Below are positions 19,657-29,651 of a DNA stretch of 64,000 nucleotides, piece by piece (the stretch's first letter is position 1; each line of letters begins with the position of its first letter). The translations under genes were made by a program, and so were the position numbers. The notes beneath the pieces were generated by a model. The model searched no databases. It was given only the letters and a program-made list of their open reading frames with translations, and had not been told where the DNA came from. The stretch lies in the IMG/VR virus record IMGVR_UViG_3300005613_000002, positions 257,625 through 321,624 of that record, one strand, 5' to 3'.

Positions 19657-20393
19657 ATACAGAGGATATAAAATTTTGGGATAAGATTTCAACTAAAACT
19701 ACATTATATCATAAAAATTTTGATATGGTAGTTCCTAGTGATAATATTGTGAGTGAATATGATGGGAATATTTCTAAATTAAGAATAGAAGAACATAAGC
19801 GACCATTAATAATGGGAGAATTCACATTTTCGGTTTGGAATATCAATATGTCTAAGATACAAAACACTGATGTTTATGATATGATTAAGAAATATTCAAA
19901 TGAAGACACATATTTTGAATTTAATAAAATTCTTAATAATACAAATTTTGATTATACTAAATACAAAAAAATCATATTCATTCATTCGTTAATTATTAAA
20001 CCAGAATTTAGAAAATCTGGTGTTACCGAAGAATTTGTTGAATTTATATATAGAAACTTCTATGATAAAGATAACATTATTTTCGCATTGGTTAAACCTA
20101 TACAAGACAATAAACTCAACTGTGTATTTTATTCAAATGAGAAAATGATTAGATATGTTACATATGATGAAAATGGTAGAATCCAACACAAAAAAACATC
20201 TGCGTTTAAATTCTATTCATTAGATAAAGAATATGAAAAAACAGATTCTGAGATGAATGAATATAAGTTATTTTCAGTTGCAAGTAAATGTGGGTTTACT
20301 AGAATCGATGATACATTTTTATTCAAATTTGAACCAGAAAAAACAATAAAAAGACTATTTAATAAAACAAAGATAAATAATTTAGTAATTTAA
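19653..20393 (+). CDS. putative GNAT-fold acetyltransferase
   Basis: IFIHSLIIKPEFRKSGV (motif A-like) and LFSVASKCGF (motif B-like). Confidence 0.55.
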   Translation: MNTEDIKFWDKISTKTTLYHKNFDMVVPSDNIVSEYDGNISKLRIEEHKRPLIMGEFTFSVWNINMSKIQNTDVYDMIKKYSNEDTYFEFNKILNNTNFDYTKYKKIIFIHSLIIKPEFRKSGVTEEFVEFIYRNFYDKDNIIFALVKPIQDNKLNCVFYSNEKMIRYVTYDENGRIQHKKTSAFKFYSLDKEYEKTDSEMNEYKLFSVASKCGFTRIDDTFLFKFEPEKTIKRLFNKTKINNLVI

Positions 20394-20402
20394 ATAATAA
20401 AT

Positions 20403-20996
20403 ATGAAAAGAATAATAACAATATTATTAATATTATTAACATCATTAAATGTTACTAGTAATAATTATGAAAACATTATATCTAAAATTGAAGAAGAATC
20501 TGATGTTAAAATCCCTAAACACAGTAATATTGATGACATCATTTACATGTATAATACAGCAAATGAGCTTGAAATACCTATAAGAATTGCATTTAGATTA
20601 GTCTTTCGAGAATCATCATTTATTGCTGAACATGAAAATGAACAAGGTTATATGCAAGTAATCCCAACTACATTTAATTCTTATTATGAAAAACTTAATT
20701 TAACTAATTTAGATAGTTTAAATAGTGAACAAATTAATATATTAATTGGGATGACCTATTTAAAAGAAATGCATAATTATTGGGAAGATAAACAATTTTA
20801 TTGGAAAAATAAATATGATAAAGAAAATTTATGGGTTAGTTGGGATTCATGGAAGTTTGCTGTTGCTTCTTATAATGGTGGAAAAAATAGGGTAATTGAT
20901 TGTATAAAATTTGGTTATTTACCCGAATCAAAATTAAGAATTTATTACATTAATTTTATTATAAAAAAGAAAGAAAAAAATGCAGACAAAAATTAG
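20403..20996 (+). CDS. lytic transglycosylase (SLT) with N-terminal signal/anchor
   Basis: FRESSF (catalytic E), GYMQVIP, NILIGMTYL, ASYNGG; N-terminus MKRIITILLILLTSLNV. Confidence 0.82.
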   Translation: MKRIITILLILLTSLNVTSNNYENIISKIEEESDVKIPKHSNIDDIIYMYNTANELEIPIRIAFRLVFRESSFIAEHENEQGYMQVIPTTFNSYYEKLNLTNLDSLNSEQINILIGMTYLKEMHNYWEDKQFYWKNKYDKENLWVSWDSWKFAVASYNGGKNRVIDCIKFGYLPESKLRIYYINFIIKKKEKNADKN

Positions 20997-21285
20997 AACA
21001 GCACATGAAGAAGATTATAGACAAAGCGATAATAAGACTAAAACTATTGGTGTTTTAGAAAATTATTCAGTAGGTAGTGATAAATTCTGGAAAGAGAGTT
21101 TTGTTTATGTCTATAATGATGGAATGTATATCTTTTTTGATAGTATTATCAACATGTTTGATTACTTATTATATGGAAGTGATAAAATGAATAGAGCATA
21201 CATGGAAGAAGTTGAATTCGATAAATATTATGATGCTGAAACAATTGATGATATTTTCAAAGAAAAGTTAGAATGGGTTAACTAA
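20980..21285 (+). CDS. hypothetical protein
   Basis: 101 aa, last gene of plus-strand block. Confidence 0.6.
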   Translation: MQTKIRTAHEEDYRQSDNKTKTIGVLENYSVGSDKFWKESFVYVYNDGMYIFFDSIINMFDYLLYGSDKMNRAYMEEVEFDKYYDAETIDDIFKEKLEWVN

Positions 21286-21286
21286 T

Positions 21287-21320
21287 AAAAAAAGGTGTGA
21301 AAAATTTCACACCTTTTTTT
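21287..21320. terminator. bidirectional intrinsic terminator
   Basis: AAAAAAAGGTGTGAAA-A-TTTCACACCTTTTTTT perfect inverted repeat between convergent genes. Confidence 0.85.
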
Positions 21321-21651
21321 ATTTATCTTTTTCTTTTAATTCTTTAAAATATTCTTCCCATGTTATTCCACATAAACGTTGATATTCTTTAGTTGAATCA
21401 ATCAATTCATTAATTGAATAACCCGAAGCAACACAAGATTCTTGCACATAATCAAAATCAAATCTTTCACCATCATTATTAATCCATTCACCCTCGTCTT
21501 GTTTAGTGTTTCGATTAAACCCAATTATGAGAAACATTTTCCCCTCTTTTAATGGTTTACTTATTCTAGCAGTATCACATTTCACATAATTCATACATTC
21601 TTTAGCTAAATCACTTAAAGAATTATCTATATTTATTCTTGATATAGTCAT
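21319..21651 (-). CDS. hypothetical protein
   Basis: 110 aa ORF. Confidence 0.65.
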   Translation of the reverse strand: MTISRINIDNSLSDLAKECMNYVKCDTARISKPLKEGKMFLIIGFNRNTKQDEGEWINNDGERFDFDYVQESCVASGYSINELIDSTKEYQRLCGITWEEYFKELKEKDK

Positions 21652-21655
21652 AATA

Positions 21656-22447
21656 TTAATAATGTCTTAATTCATTCATTAACTGAATCACAAAGTTAGT
21701 TTGTGTTGCTGATTGTAATGAAATATAATCTAATGTTTCTTTTTCTTTTTTATTAATATTATTCCAATAATATTGAGATAATTCATCATTAGGCAACAAT
21801 TCCACAGTTCTTTTAAGTCCTAGATAATCTGATATTAACATCAATGAGGTATTATCAAAACCATTAAATTTCCAAACATTAACGATATCAATTAAACCAG
21901 ATTCCCAAGGTTTAATATCTAAACCTCTTTTTAAAATTAAAGGTAATTTATCTATTAATACAAAATTACTTCGTAATGCTGCAAATCTTTTAATTAATAA
22001 TGGAATATCATAGCTAATAATATTATGACCACATAAAGGTGGGAAGAAATGTGGTGTTGATTTAACTGCTGAACTTGATAAATAAGTTAATTCAGTCATA
22101 AATGTTTCAATAACTAATGCTTCATTCATATTAACAATCTTCTTAAATTCCCTTTTAAGTTGACCATCTTCGGTATATAATGTTGCATATGTTATTGCTA
22201 TAATTTTACAAAATTCATGATGTTTAACAGCTTTTGTTAAATAAGTAAATTCCATTTCATCTTCACTATTTAATGTGTCCGAAGAAACATTAAATTTTCT
22301 TTTTGATATTTCCAACCATTGTTTATACATTGGTTCATCATTTGCTTTAAGGTCAGCAAGTGTTGGATGTTGTAATACTGCTTTCACATTAAAGAACATC
22401 ATTTCATAAATGCTACCCTTATTAAAAACTTCTTCGAATAATGCCAT
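21656..22447 (-). CDS. PolB-exonuclease-like (DnaQ fold) protein with degenerate active site
   Basis: GHNIISYDIPLL (ExoII), IKPWE...IDIVNVWKF, LISDYLGL; ExoI reads FFNVKAV instead of DxE. Confidence 0.7.
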   Translation of the reverse strand: MALFEEVFNKGSIYEMMFFNVKAVLQHPTLADLKANDEPMYKQWLEISKRKFNVSSDTLNSEDEMEFTYLTKAVKHHEFCKIIAITYATLYTEDGQLKREFKKIVNMNEALVIETFMTELTYLSSSAVKSTPHFFPPLCGHNIISYDIPLLIKRFAALRSNFVLIDKLPLILKRGLDIKPWESGLIDIVNVWKFNGFDNTSLMLISDYLGLKRTVELLPNDELSQYYWNNINKKEKETLDYISLQSATQTNFVIQLMNELRHY

Positions 22448-22497
22448 TATTTTTTTATTTAAATTATTAGTGTATAAATTAAAGAATTATTTTTTAT

Positions 22498-22854
22498 TTA
22501 AACAAATAATTGATAGAGAAAGTTGAAGAATCTTCCAATTAGTGATAATTTCTCAGCTTTTAATTCTTCATAGATATTTTTTACATCCTCAAAACTATAT
22601 GATTTAAGTTTATTTTCTGTATATTGTCTTGATGAATTTTTTAAAATATATTCAATATATTCGTTTTTGATTGGTTCTTTTAATCGCTTCTTTTCATCAA
22701 TTTCCAATAAATATGTTTCACCCATTTCCTCAATGTCTAAATGAGTTTTATTTTTTCTTCTTTCAACATCATCATTTAAATGTTTCAAAAATTCGTCATA
22801 ATTATTGTTATCATCATCACTATCAATTGATAATATGTTTTTCTTGTCTACCAA
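22498..22854 (-). CDS. hypothetical protein
   Basis: 118 aa ORF. Confidence 0.65.
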   Translation of the reverse strand: MVDKKNILSIDSDDDNNNYDEFLKHLNDDVERRKNKTHLDIEEMGETYLLEIDEKKRLKEPIKNEYIEYILKNSSRQYTENKLKSYSFEDVKNIYEELKAEKLSLIGRFFNFLYQLFV

Positions 22855-23355
22855 TTATTTGTCTTTTGTTGTAGTTTTTTCTTCGTTTGTTATTGTAATA
22901 GTTTCTTTTGGTGGTAGATTATCTTGTTTTTTTGGTGGTCTACCCCTTCTTTTCTTTTCTTTATTTTCACCTAAATCTTTGAATGAATTTTCTTTTAGTT
23001 TATCAAGTTCTTCATAAAAACTCTTTGCTTCATTTTCTAAAACATTTTTCATTTCATTCATTTTATCAGTAAACTCTTTTTCTTTTATTGCTATTTTTTC
23101 ATTTGTCATAATAATTAATTCAACAAAATGAAATAATTCATCAACAATTATTTTATCGTTTTTCGGTGATATTTTAATTATTTTTCCAGCATCGAATTCA
23201 TTAAGTATTTCACACTTAATATCATCATTCTCACTAAATACCCAATTATTAGGAATTCCTACTTCAAGATCATATCTTCCATTAACTGTGTCCCTAGTCA
23301 TTCTCATTACATACCCACTTGTAGGTTTTAATGCATTATCGATTATATTACTCAT
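22855..23355 (-). CDS. hypothetical protein with coiled coil and AT-hook-like RRGRPPK
   Basis: 166 aa ORF. Confidence 0.65.
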   Translation of the reverse strand: MSNIIDNALKPTSGYVMRMTRDTVNGRYDLEVGIPNNWVFSENDDIKCEILNEFDAGKIIKISPKNDKIIVDELFHFVELIIMTNEKIAIKEKEFTDKMNEMKNVLENEAKSFYEELDKLKENSFKDLGENKEKKRRGRPPKKQDNLPPKETITITNEEKTTTKDK

Positions 23356-23549
23356 TTTATTATATATGTTAAAAATATTGATAAAGAAATTATTGTTATT
23401 ATTTTTTCAATATTGGTTTGTTTAAAACGATCATCAGTTTTTAATCTAATTCTACCATAAAGCTTCATTAATAAATCACCAAATACCAACAATAAATATA
23501 TTATTGATGCTATGAATAAGAATTGATATATTTCATCTATTATTACCAT
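23352..23549 (-). CDS. small two-TM membrane protein (possible holin)
   Basis: Two hydrophobic segments; within about 700 bp downstream of the amidase; holin role is a guess. Confidence 0.45.
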   Translation of the reverse strand: MVIIDEIYQFLFIASIIYLLLVFGDLLMKLYGRIRLKTDDRFKQTNIEKIITIISLSIFLTYIIK

Positions 23550-23550
23550 A

Positions 23551-23775
23551 TTATTTTTCCTCTTTTTCTTGTTTAGGTTTTGGTTCTCTGAAATATTGTT
23601 CCAGAAGACCTAATTTAATGTTTATTAACGCAATATTAGTTAATACTACATCCATTAAATCAATTTTCTTTTTATATTCAATGTGTGGTTCTTCCGAAAG
23701 ACGAACTAGTTCAAGTTCTTCGAAATATTTATCATTGGTTAGTTTATTTACAATATCGATTTTAAGACTTCCCAT
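23551..23775 (-). CDS. hypothetical protein
   Basis: 74 aa ORF. Confidence 0.6.
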   Translation of the reverse strand: MGSLKIDIVNKLTNDKYFEELELVRLSEEPHIEYKKKIDLMDVVLTNIALINIKLGLLEQYFREPKPKQEKEEK

Positions 23776-23827
23776 ATTTTTTTATTTAAGTAAAAATAGT
23801 TAAATCTATCAATAGTTGCAAGGTTTT

Positions 23828-24259
23828 TTACGCAATTTCTAATATATTTTTTTTCGTATTAATTGTTTTATCAAAAATTAAATATATTTCAACCAATATT
23901 GATATAATATTCTTATTTTTCTGATTATCAACATTAAATATATTTCTCCAGAATTTTTCATGGAATTCTAGTGATGTCCCATATTTATTATTATATGATT
24001 TATAATATTGATGATAGTAATATTTATGATAATATTCTTTAAGTTCTTTATTATTTTTAAAATCAATACCTTCCTTTAAAAATTCATCACATACTTTATT
24101 ATAACAAAAACTGAAATGATTATATATATCGTCATCAGTATTAATAGATTCATAATCAAGATAATAATGATCTATATAATAAAGTAAATTAATTGAAAAA
24201 TCTTTAAATGTTTCAACTCTACCCATTAATAATACATATTGTTGAGTATTACTATTCAT
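23828..24259 (-). CDS. hypothetical protein
   Basis: 143 aa, coupled to amidase stop. Confidence 0.65.
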   Translation of the reverse strand: MNSNTQQYVLLMGRVETFKDFSINLLYYIDHYYLDYESINTDDDIYNHFSFCYNKVCDEFLKEGIDFKNNKELKEYYHKYYYHQYYKSYNNKYGTSLEFHEKFWRNIFNVDNQKNKNIISILVEIYLIFDKTINTKKNILEIA

Positions 24260-25011
24260 TAGGTTAATGATTTTAACATTTCAACTAATTCTTTTTGTGG
24301 GTGTATGTCACTTTTATCTTTTCTAAATGATGTATGTGACCACACACCAGCTTTTCCAGATAATGCATCTTGTGATAATCTAAACATATCATGATTATAT
24401 TTTAATGGTATTTTATATTTTTCACCCCAAAATACTAATAATTGACGAACTGATTCAATTTGAGCATCAGTATATTTTTCATATCCATAAAAACCTCTAA
24501 ATTTATTTGGGTATTCTACAACATTTTTAATTGGTTTTACTTTTGTGTTGGCTACCATCTTCCTTAAACTAGTATCCCACTTTGCTGGATACCATTTACC
24601 TTTTAACTCAACTAAACCACCCCAAGCATCAATTTCAATACCAATACTACCTTCATTTAATGCTTTACTATTTGATGTTTTAGTTCCTAAATGATATGCC
24701 CAATATTTACTTGAAAAGCATTGGTATATTTTACCATCCCAACCAATAATAATTGCTGTTCCAACTCTTGCTTTTGTTTTTCTCCACCACGAAATATCAC
24801 CATTAACACCTAGTCCACTAACTGTATGATGTAATACAATTTGTTTTTTATTTGTTTGTCGTCTAATATATTGATTTATTGGAAAATCGACAACTTTAAT
24901 TTCTTTAAGATTTAATTTCTTTAAGATTACTCTCTCTTTTGTTTTTATATTATCAGCATATTTAACACTATCATTAAACAAACCCATTGAACATTTATTA
25001 GTACTAATCAT
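24259..25011 (-). CDS. N-acetylmuramoyl-L-alanine amidase (Amidase_2), probable endolysin
   Basis: IVLHHT, SIGIEID, YTDAQ, WSHTSFRKDKSDIHP (Zn ligands H/H/D and catalytic E present); late motif upstream; start may be MGLF at 24987. Confidence 0.85.
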   Translation of the reverse strand: MISTNKCSMGLFNDSVKYADNIKTKERVILKKLNLKEIKVVDFPINQYIRRQTNKKQIVLHHTVSGLGVNGDISWWRKTKARVGTAIIIGWDGKIYQCFSSKYWAYHLGTKTSNSKALNEGSIGIEIDAWGGLVELKGKWYPAKWDTSLRKMVANTKVKPIKNVVEYPNKFRGFYGYEKYTDAQIESVRQLLVFWGEKYKIPLKYNHDMFRLSQDALSGKAGVWSHTSFRKDKSDIHPQKELVEMLKSLT

Positions 25012-25025
25012 AACTCATTTTTTTT

Positions 25026-25034
25026 ATAAATACT
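25026..25034 (-). promoter_or_regulatory. late promoter motif AGTATTTAT
   Basis: Recurrent motif upstream of late genes. Confidence 0.65.
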
Positions 25035-25043
25035 TAGTATACA

Positions 25044-25076
25044 AAAAATGGAATGTTATAATAACATTCCATTTTT
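25044..25076. terminator. intrinsic terminator
   Basis: 15-bp stem AAAAATGGAATGTTA/TAACATTCCATTTTT, 3-nt loop. Confidence 0.8.
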
Positions 25077-25093
25077 AATATGTCTTTAATGAT

Positions 25094-25456
25094 TTATGAT
25101 GCGTATAAAATAACTAAATTATCATATTCATCTTTATCAATATCTAATTCTCCACAAATCTTTTTTATTCTTAGATAATTTAATATTATTATACTTAACA
25201 CATATGATGATAACCCAAACAATGTTACATTATATATAATACATGGAATTACCAATATTGAATTAATTATATTAATTAAACTACCCAACATTAATATAGC
25301 AAGAATTGCGTAAATGATATTATTCTTTATTTTCTCACTATCCGATAATATTGTTTTTGATAAACATTTAAAACCAAATTTAACCCACTTTGATTGTGGA
25401 TATTTATTACTTGCATCAATAAATTGAATTTTTGTAATTCCAGTAATTTCACTCAT
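25094..25456 (-). CDS. membrane protein
   Basis: Two hydrophobic segments. Confidence 0.65.
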   Translation of the reverse strand: MSEITGITKIQFIDASNKYPQSKWVKFGFKCLSKTILSDSEKIKNNIIYAILAILMLGSLINIINSILVIPCIIYNVTLFGLSSYVLSIIILNYLRIKKICGELDIDKDEYDNLVILYAS

Positions 25457-25458
25457 AA

Positions 25459-28400
25459 TTAAAACCCTCTATTTTTTTTAATGTTATTAGTATCCACAAA
25501 ATTATCTGGTTTATAACCAAGTAAATGTTTCATTTTATTAACTTCTTCATTAATAATTGGTTTTGATGTTTCTTCATTTTCATTTAAACTTACAGTTGGA
25601 TTCTTTGTTGCAAAAATAGCTTTTCCATCTGTGTAGAATTTATGTGAACCAATTGCTGCTGAAACTGTTTCATTTACTTTAACTTTATTGTTTTCAGTTT
25701 TTCTATTATATGTATTACCTAAACCAGTAAAATCTAACTCAAACAAATCATCAGTTTTATCAATGTCAACCATTTTTACCTCATTCAATGTAAATTCAAT
25801 AAGTTTTCTTTTATTTAGAATATTATGGAATCTACCAGTAATCATTGATTCACCTAATCCTTCTCTTTCATTCCATTTTGATTCTTCTTTATTAAACTGT
25901 ACTTTTTTATCACCAGTTTCCATTGGTTGTGTATCTTTATTATACATAGGTGCTTTACCCCTAAATTTTAATTTTTCTTGTCTTTGTTTATATAGTTCGT
26001 CACCCATATCAGCTTTCATTCGTTCTTCAAAACGTTCATCTGGTTTATTATCATAAACCAAATCACCTTGACCTAAACGATACATATCAACTTCATCTTG
26101 TTCATCAGTAGTTAAATTACGTTTTGGAACTTCATCACCCTTTTCATTAGTTGAATTACCAACATTCTTTAAAGCAGTCTCTTTATTAATCTTAACAGCT
26201 TTTTTCTCAATGTCTTGACCTAATTTTTGTGGGTCTTCACCAACATCTGTTTGTTGATCTTTCCACATCAATTCTTTTTCAGTATCAATAATTTCTTTAG
26301 TACCACTATGTTTCAAATCACCTTTAAAATTGGTTTTATTTTCAGCACCTAAACGATCTTTCAATACTAAAGCTGAAGGTTTTCTATCTTCTGACATTTT
26401 TTCTAATTTTGCTTGATGAATTGAATATGCATTCAATTCGTTATTTAGTTCTTCTAACATATTTATATTTTCATTCATATCATTTAAACCAGTTTCAACA
26501 TTACCAGCACTTACTGTTCCAACTGGTGCTGCTGAATTAGACATACTTGTTGGATTATCATCAATCATTGATGATTCGGTTTCATTTATATTCATAGCTT
26601 CTCTCCATTTTTCATAATTATATACAATATCTTGTCCAAATCTATAAACACCAATATCAGTTTTTCCATCTGGATATTTAGCATTCACAAATTGCCATTT
26701 ATTACCACCTAATTCAAAAGGGTCTTCACCATTTCTATCAGATACATATTCAACAGCATCATGCACACTTAATTCATTTAAGACTTTACCTTCTGATGAA
26801 TTTTCATTCAATTCTTTTCCGTTTTCAAAACTAATGATTGTAGTATCTTCATCATACCAATCTGAAACATTAAAATTATTATCGGAAACTTGATTAACAT
26901 GTTGAGCCACACCTTCTTCCTTACTAATGCGTTGTGCTTCAAATTTTGCTTGTTCTAAACTACTTTCATTAACCTTTTCTGGTTTTCCTTTATGTTTTGT
27001 TGATGCAAAATCTTTAACATCACTTTGTGACATAGAATCAGCAGCATTAGAAACGCTATCACCAACTTCATCTGGACTTAAATCACCTTTTTGAACAGCA
27101 TGAACCATACCCATAAAACGTTGTTGTGATTTTGATTTAGCTTTTTCATTTAAATCATTAGGTAATTTACCATGTTGAACAAATAGTTCATATGCAATAC
27201 TTTCAGGAACTACATAATTGTCAAATCTTTTTTTAATTAACGATTCCTGTGAAGATAAAAGATTTGTTACTTCCTCATTACTCATTTTATAAGTGTCTTC
27301 CAATATATTCCAAATATTCGCAACAAAATCATCAAATTTAGAAAAATGATTATTTAAATTTGGATTAATTGTTCCTTCTTCAACATGCTGTCCATTAATT
27401 GTTCCTGCTTGTATGTCGTTTTTTATGATTTTCTGATTTGTTGGATTCATATTATCAACATTTCCATAGGCATCACTATTATTCAACACAAAATCAGCAT
27501 CGGTTTGTTCATTTAATTCATCAACGTATTTTTCAAATCCAGTTGATTCAGTTAAATAATCAGTTTCTTGAATTATTTTACCACCATCCCATATAGGTTT
27601 ACTCATTACTGGTGCTTTTTTTCCTTTCATTATATCACCATCTCCCCAAGCAGCAGGACCAACATACGCACCACTTGATGCTGATGTTGTTGTTTCATCA
27701 ACTTGTTTATTATAACCTAATGCAGGTGCAAATGCTCCAGCACCACCACCTCCAGCACTAGTTGTTTCATTGGTATTATTTAACACCTCTAAGTTATATC
27801 CTAGACCTTCAAGTTCGTTTTTTAAATTTTGATATTCTTCAGGTAATGCATTTCTACATTCAGCAGCATAATTTGGGTCAATAGCAGAATGTTGTCCAAT
27901 ATGTGCATATCCAGTTTTATATTTACCACTAATATCATGATTTTCTTCTGGAAAATAAGCAAACACATCATCATCATTTGGATGAATTAAAAACATTACT
28001 TTAGTTATTTGCTCACTATTTTCATCGACATTTGATTTTGGTTGATTTGCCATTTTTTTAATTCCAGTTTTTTTCAATTGATTTATACCGCTTTTATCCC
28101 TTCTTTTCTTTTCTTTCGGTATTGCCATTTTATATTTTTGTAGATACTTTGGACTATTTAAAACATAATCATTAAATATCATATTTTGAATAGTCTCATT
28201 ATAATGGTAACCATATTTTTCTTCACCATTTTCAGCCATTTCTTCATAAACAGATGATAATTTTGGGTCAGAGAATACTAATGACTCCATTTTAGCTAAA
28301 CTAAAAATTTTCTTTTTTAATGATTGTTCTTTTTCATTTAACATACCAGCTTCATTTAAATTAAGACCATTAATATTCATAGTTTTATTAAAGTCTTTAT

Positions 28401-28467
28401 CAAACTTTTTAGCTTGGTCGCTAACTGGTTTTCTAAACGTTGGTTTCATTGTTGTATCTTCGTTCAT
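25459..28467 (-). CDS. large acidic multi-module protein, putative internal head/core protein
   Basis: 1002 aa; about 13 [LIVM]-N-E sites delimiting small modules, including a DUF3008-like KAKSKSQQRFMG...FAST module; downstream of a late promoter. Confidence 0.55.
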   Translation of the reverse strand: MNEDTTMKPTFRKPVSDQAKKFDKDFNKTMNINGLNLNEAGMLNEKEQSLKKKIFSLAKMESLVFSDPKLSSVYEEMAENGEEKYGYHYNETIQNMIFNDYVLNSPKYLQKYKMAIPKEKKRRDKSGINQLKKTGIKKMANQPKSNVDENSEQITKVMFLIHPNDDDVFAYFPEENHDISGKYKTGYAHIGQHSAIDPNYAAECRNALPEEYQNLKNELEGLGYNLEVLNNTNETTSAGGGGAGAFAPALGYNKQVDETTTSASSGAYVGPAAWGDGDIMKGKKAPVMSKPIWDGGKIIQETDYLTESTGFEKYVDELNEQTDADFVLNNSDAYGNVDNMNPTNQKIIKNDIQAGTINGQHVEEGTINPNLNNHFSKFDDFVANIWNILEDTYKMSNEEVTNLLSSQESLIKKRFDNYVVPESIAYELFVQHGKLPNDLNEKAKSKSQQRFMGMVHAVQKGDLSPDEVGDSVSNAADSMSQSDVKDFASTKHKGKPEKVNESSLEQAKFEAQRISKEEGVAQHVNQVSDNNFNVSDWYDEDTTIISFENGKELNENSSEGKVLNELSVHDAVEYVSDRNGEDPFELGGNKWQFVNAKYPDGKTDIGVYRFGQDIVYNYEKWREAMNINETESSMIDDNPTSMSNSAAPVGTVSAGNVETGLNDMNENINMLEELNNELNAYSIHQAKLEKMSEDRKPSALVLKDRLGAENKTNFKGDLKHSGTKEIIDTEKELMWKDQQTDVGEDPQKLGQDIEKKAVKINKETALKNVGNSTNEKGDEVPKRNLTTDEQDEVDMYRLGQGDLVYDNKPDERFEERMKADMGDELYKQRQEKLKFRGKAPMYNKDTQPMETGDKKVQFNKEESKWNEREGLGESMITGRFHNILNKRKLIEFTLNEVKMVDIDKTDDLFELDFTGLGNTYNRKTENNKVKVNETVSAAIGSHKFYTDGKAIFATKNPTVSLNENEETSKPIINEEVNKMKHLLGYKPDNFVDTNNIKKNRGF

Positions 28468-28468
28468 T

Positions 28469-28675
28469 TTATTTAATATCAGCTTTCCAGAATTCTTTCT
28501 TCATCCACAATAATTTATATACAGAATCTAAAGCATTTTTCATTGTACTAATTAGCTCACCTCTTGACTGGCTATTAGAATTATGTAAAATTTTCTTCAT
28601 TTCTTTATCCAAGGAATCGTTAACTAATTTTTTTATTTCACTATTAACAATTGCTTTAACTTCGTTTTTATCCAT
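28469..28675 (-). CDS. small hypothetical late protein
   Basis: Start moved to MDKNEVK (28675) because the late motif at 28697-28705 lies inside the longer ORF. Confidence 0.6.
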   Translation of the reverse strand: MDKNEVKAIVNSEIKKLVNDSLDKEMKKILHNSNSQSRGELISTMKNALDSVYKLLWMKKEFWKADIK

Positions 28676-28696
28676 GTTAAGTACATTCTGTTGGTA

Positions 28697-28705
28697 ATAA
28701 ATACT
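28697..28705 (-). promoter_or_regulatory. late promoter motif AGTATTTAT
   Basis: TACTAAGTATTTAT context shared with the 25026 copy. Confidence 0.65.
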
Positions 28706-28758
28706 TAGTACACTCAAAAAAATAAAAAACTATCATTATAATTTAACAACTGTTTTAT

Positions 28759-29586
28759 TTATTGTGTTAAAATGATATAACTTCCAATACCTAATGCACC
28801 ACCAACACCAATGTAGACCAATTTTTGACTATTTCTATCAAAAAAACTTGTAAATTTTTGCCAACCAGTTGGATTCACTAATTCCTTCTTTAAATTAGGG
28901 ATTGCATAACTATCAATATTGGTTGTCTTATAAAAACCATTTGAATTAGAAACACTAAAAGAGATTGGATAACCTTTTTTCTTCTCATTATTCCAATGAA
29001 AATCAACGAATTGTTCATTTGGAAAATAAAGAGAATCAACAAATAAAGTTGGTTTGACTAATGGATTTACAGGTAATACATTCCCTATTGTTAAACTATA
29101 ATTCACATTATAATTAATATCATTAATGGTGTTTTCATATTTATCTGAAAAGACAATTAATTTAGATGTGGTATCAACAACTGTTTCACCAACATGTGAT
29201 AATGAATCAACAACTATTTTTGTTTGAAGTAATGCTGCTGCTATTACTTCTTTTTCTTTTTTTATTTTCTCCTTTTCTTTTTCAACATTAAGAACTCTTG
29301 CCATCAATTCTTTTTGTGATTTAGTAAGTTGTACCTTATCTTTTTCCAACTCACTAATTGATGTCTGTATAGTTAGTTTCTCCGAGACCCATTCATTTTT
29401 TTCGTTTTTATAGCTTGAAACACTATCGACTAATGCGTTTTTTAAATTTTCCTCACTAACTAATTTATCCTCTAATTTATTGATTTTATTTTTTTGCAAC
29501 CCAAATCCACCACCTAATACGATGAAAACAACTACACCTATTAATATAATTGTCCCTAGATTAATATTTAATTTTATGTTTCCCAT
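28759..29586 (-). CDS. membrane-anchored coiled-coil protein (possible spanin-like lysis protein)
   Basis: N-terminal TM, long coiled coil, C-terminal hydrophobic tail; late motif at 29602. Confidence 0.5.
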   Translation of the reverse strand: MGNIKLNINLGTIILIGVVVFIVLGGGFGLQKNKINKLEDKLVSEENLKNALVDSVSSYKNEKNEWVSEKLTIQTSISELEKDKVQLTKSQKELMARVLNVEKEKEKIKKEKEVIAAALLQTKIVVDSLSHVGETVVDTTSKLIVFSDKYENTINDINYNVNYSLTIGNVLPVNPLVKPTLFVDSLYFPNEQFVDFHWNNEKKKGYPISFSVSNSNGFYKTTNIDSYAIPNLKKELVNPTGWQKFTSFFDRNSQKLVYIGVGGALGIGSYIILTQ

Positions 29587-29601
29587 TTTTTGTATTTTTT
29601 T

Positions 29602-29610
29602 ATAAATACT
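29602..29610 (-). promoter_or_regulatory. late promoter motif AGTATTTAT
   Basis: 15 nt upstream of ATG 29586. Confidence 0.65.
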
Positions 29611-29651
29611 TATAAAAAAGGAAACGGTTACAATTGATATTCAATTGATTA

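Noticed and set aside
29620-29650. Terminator between 29652 and 28759 genes
   Set aside because: Only a 7-bp AT-rich palindrome (CAATTGA-TAT-TCAATTG) without an adjacent T tract; too weak to call.
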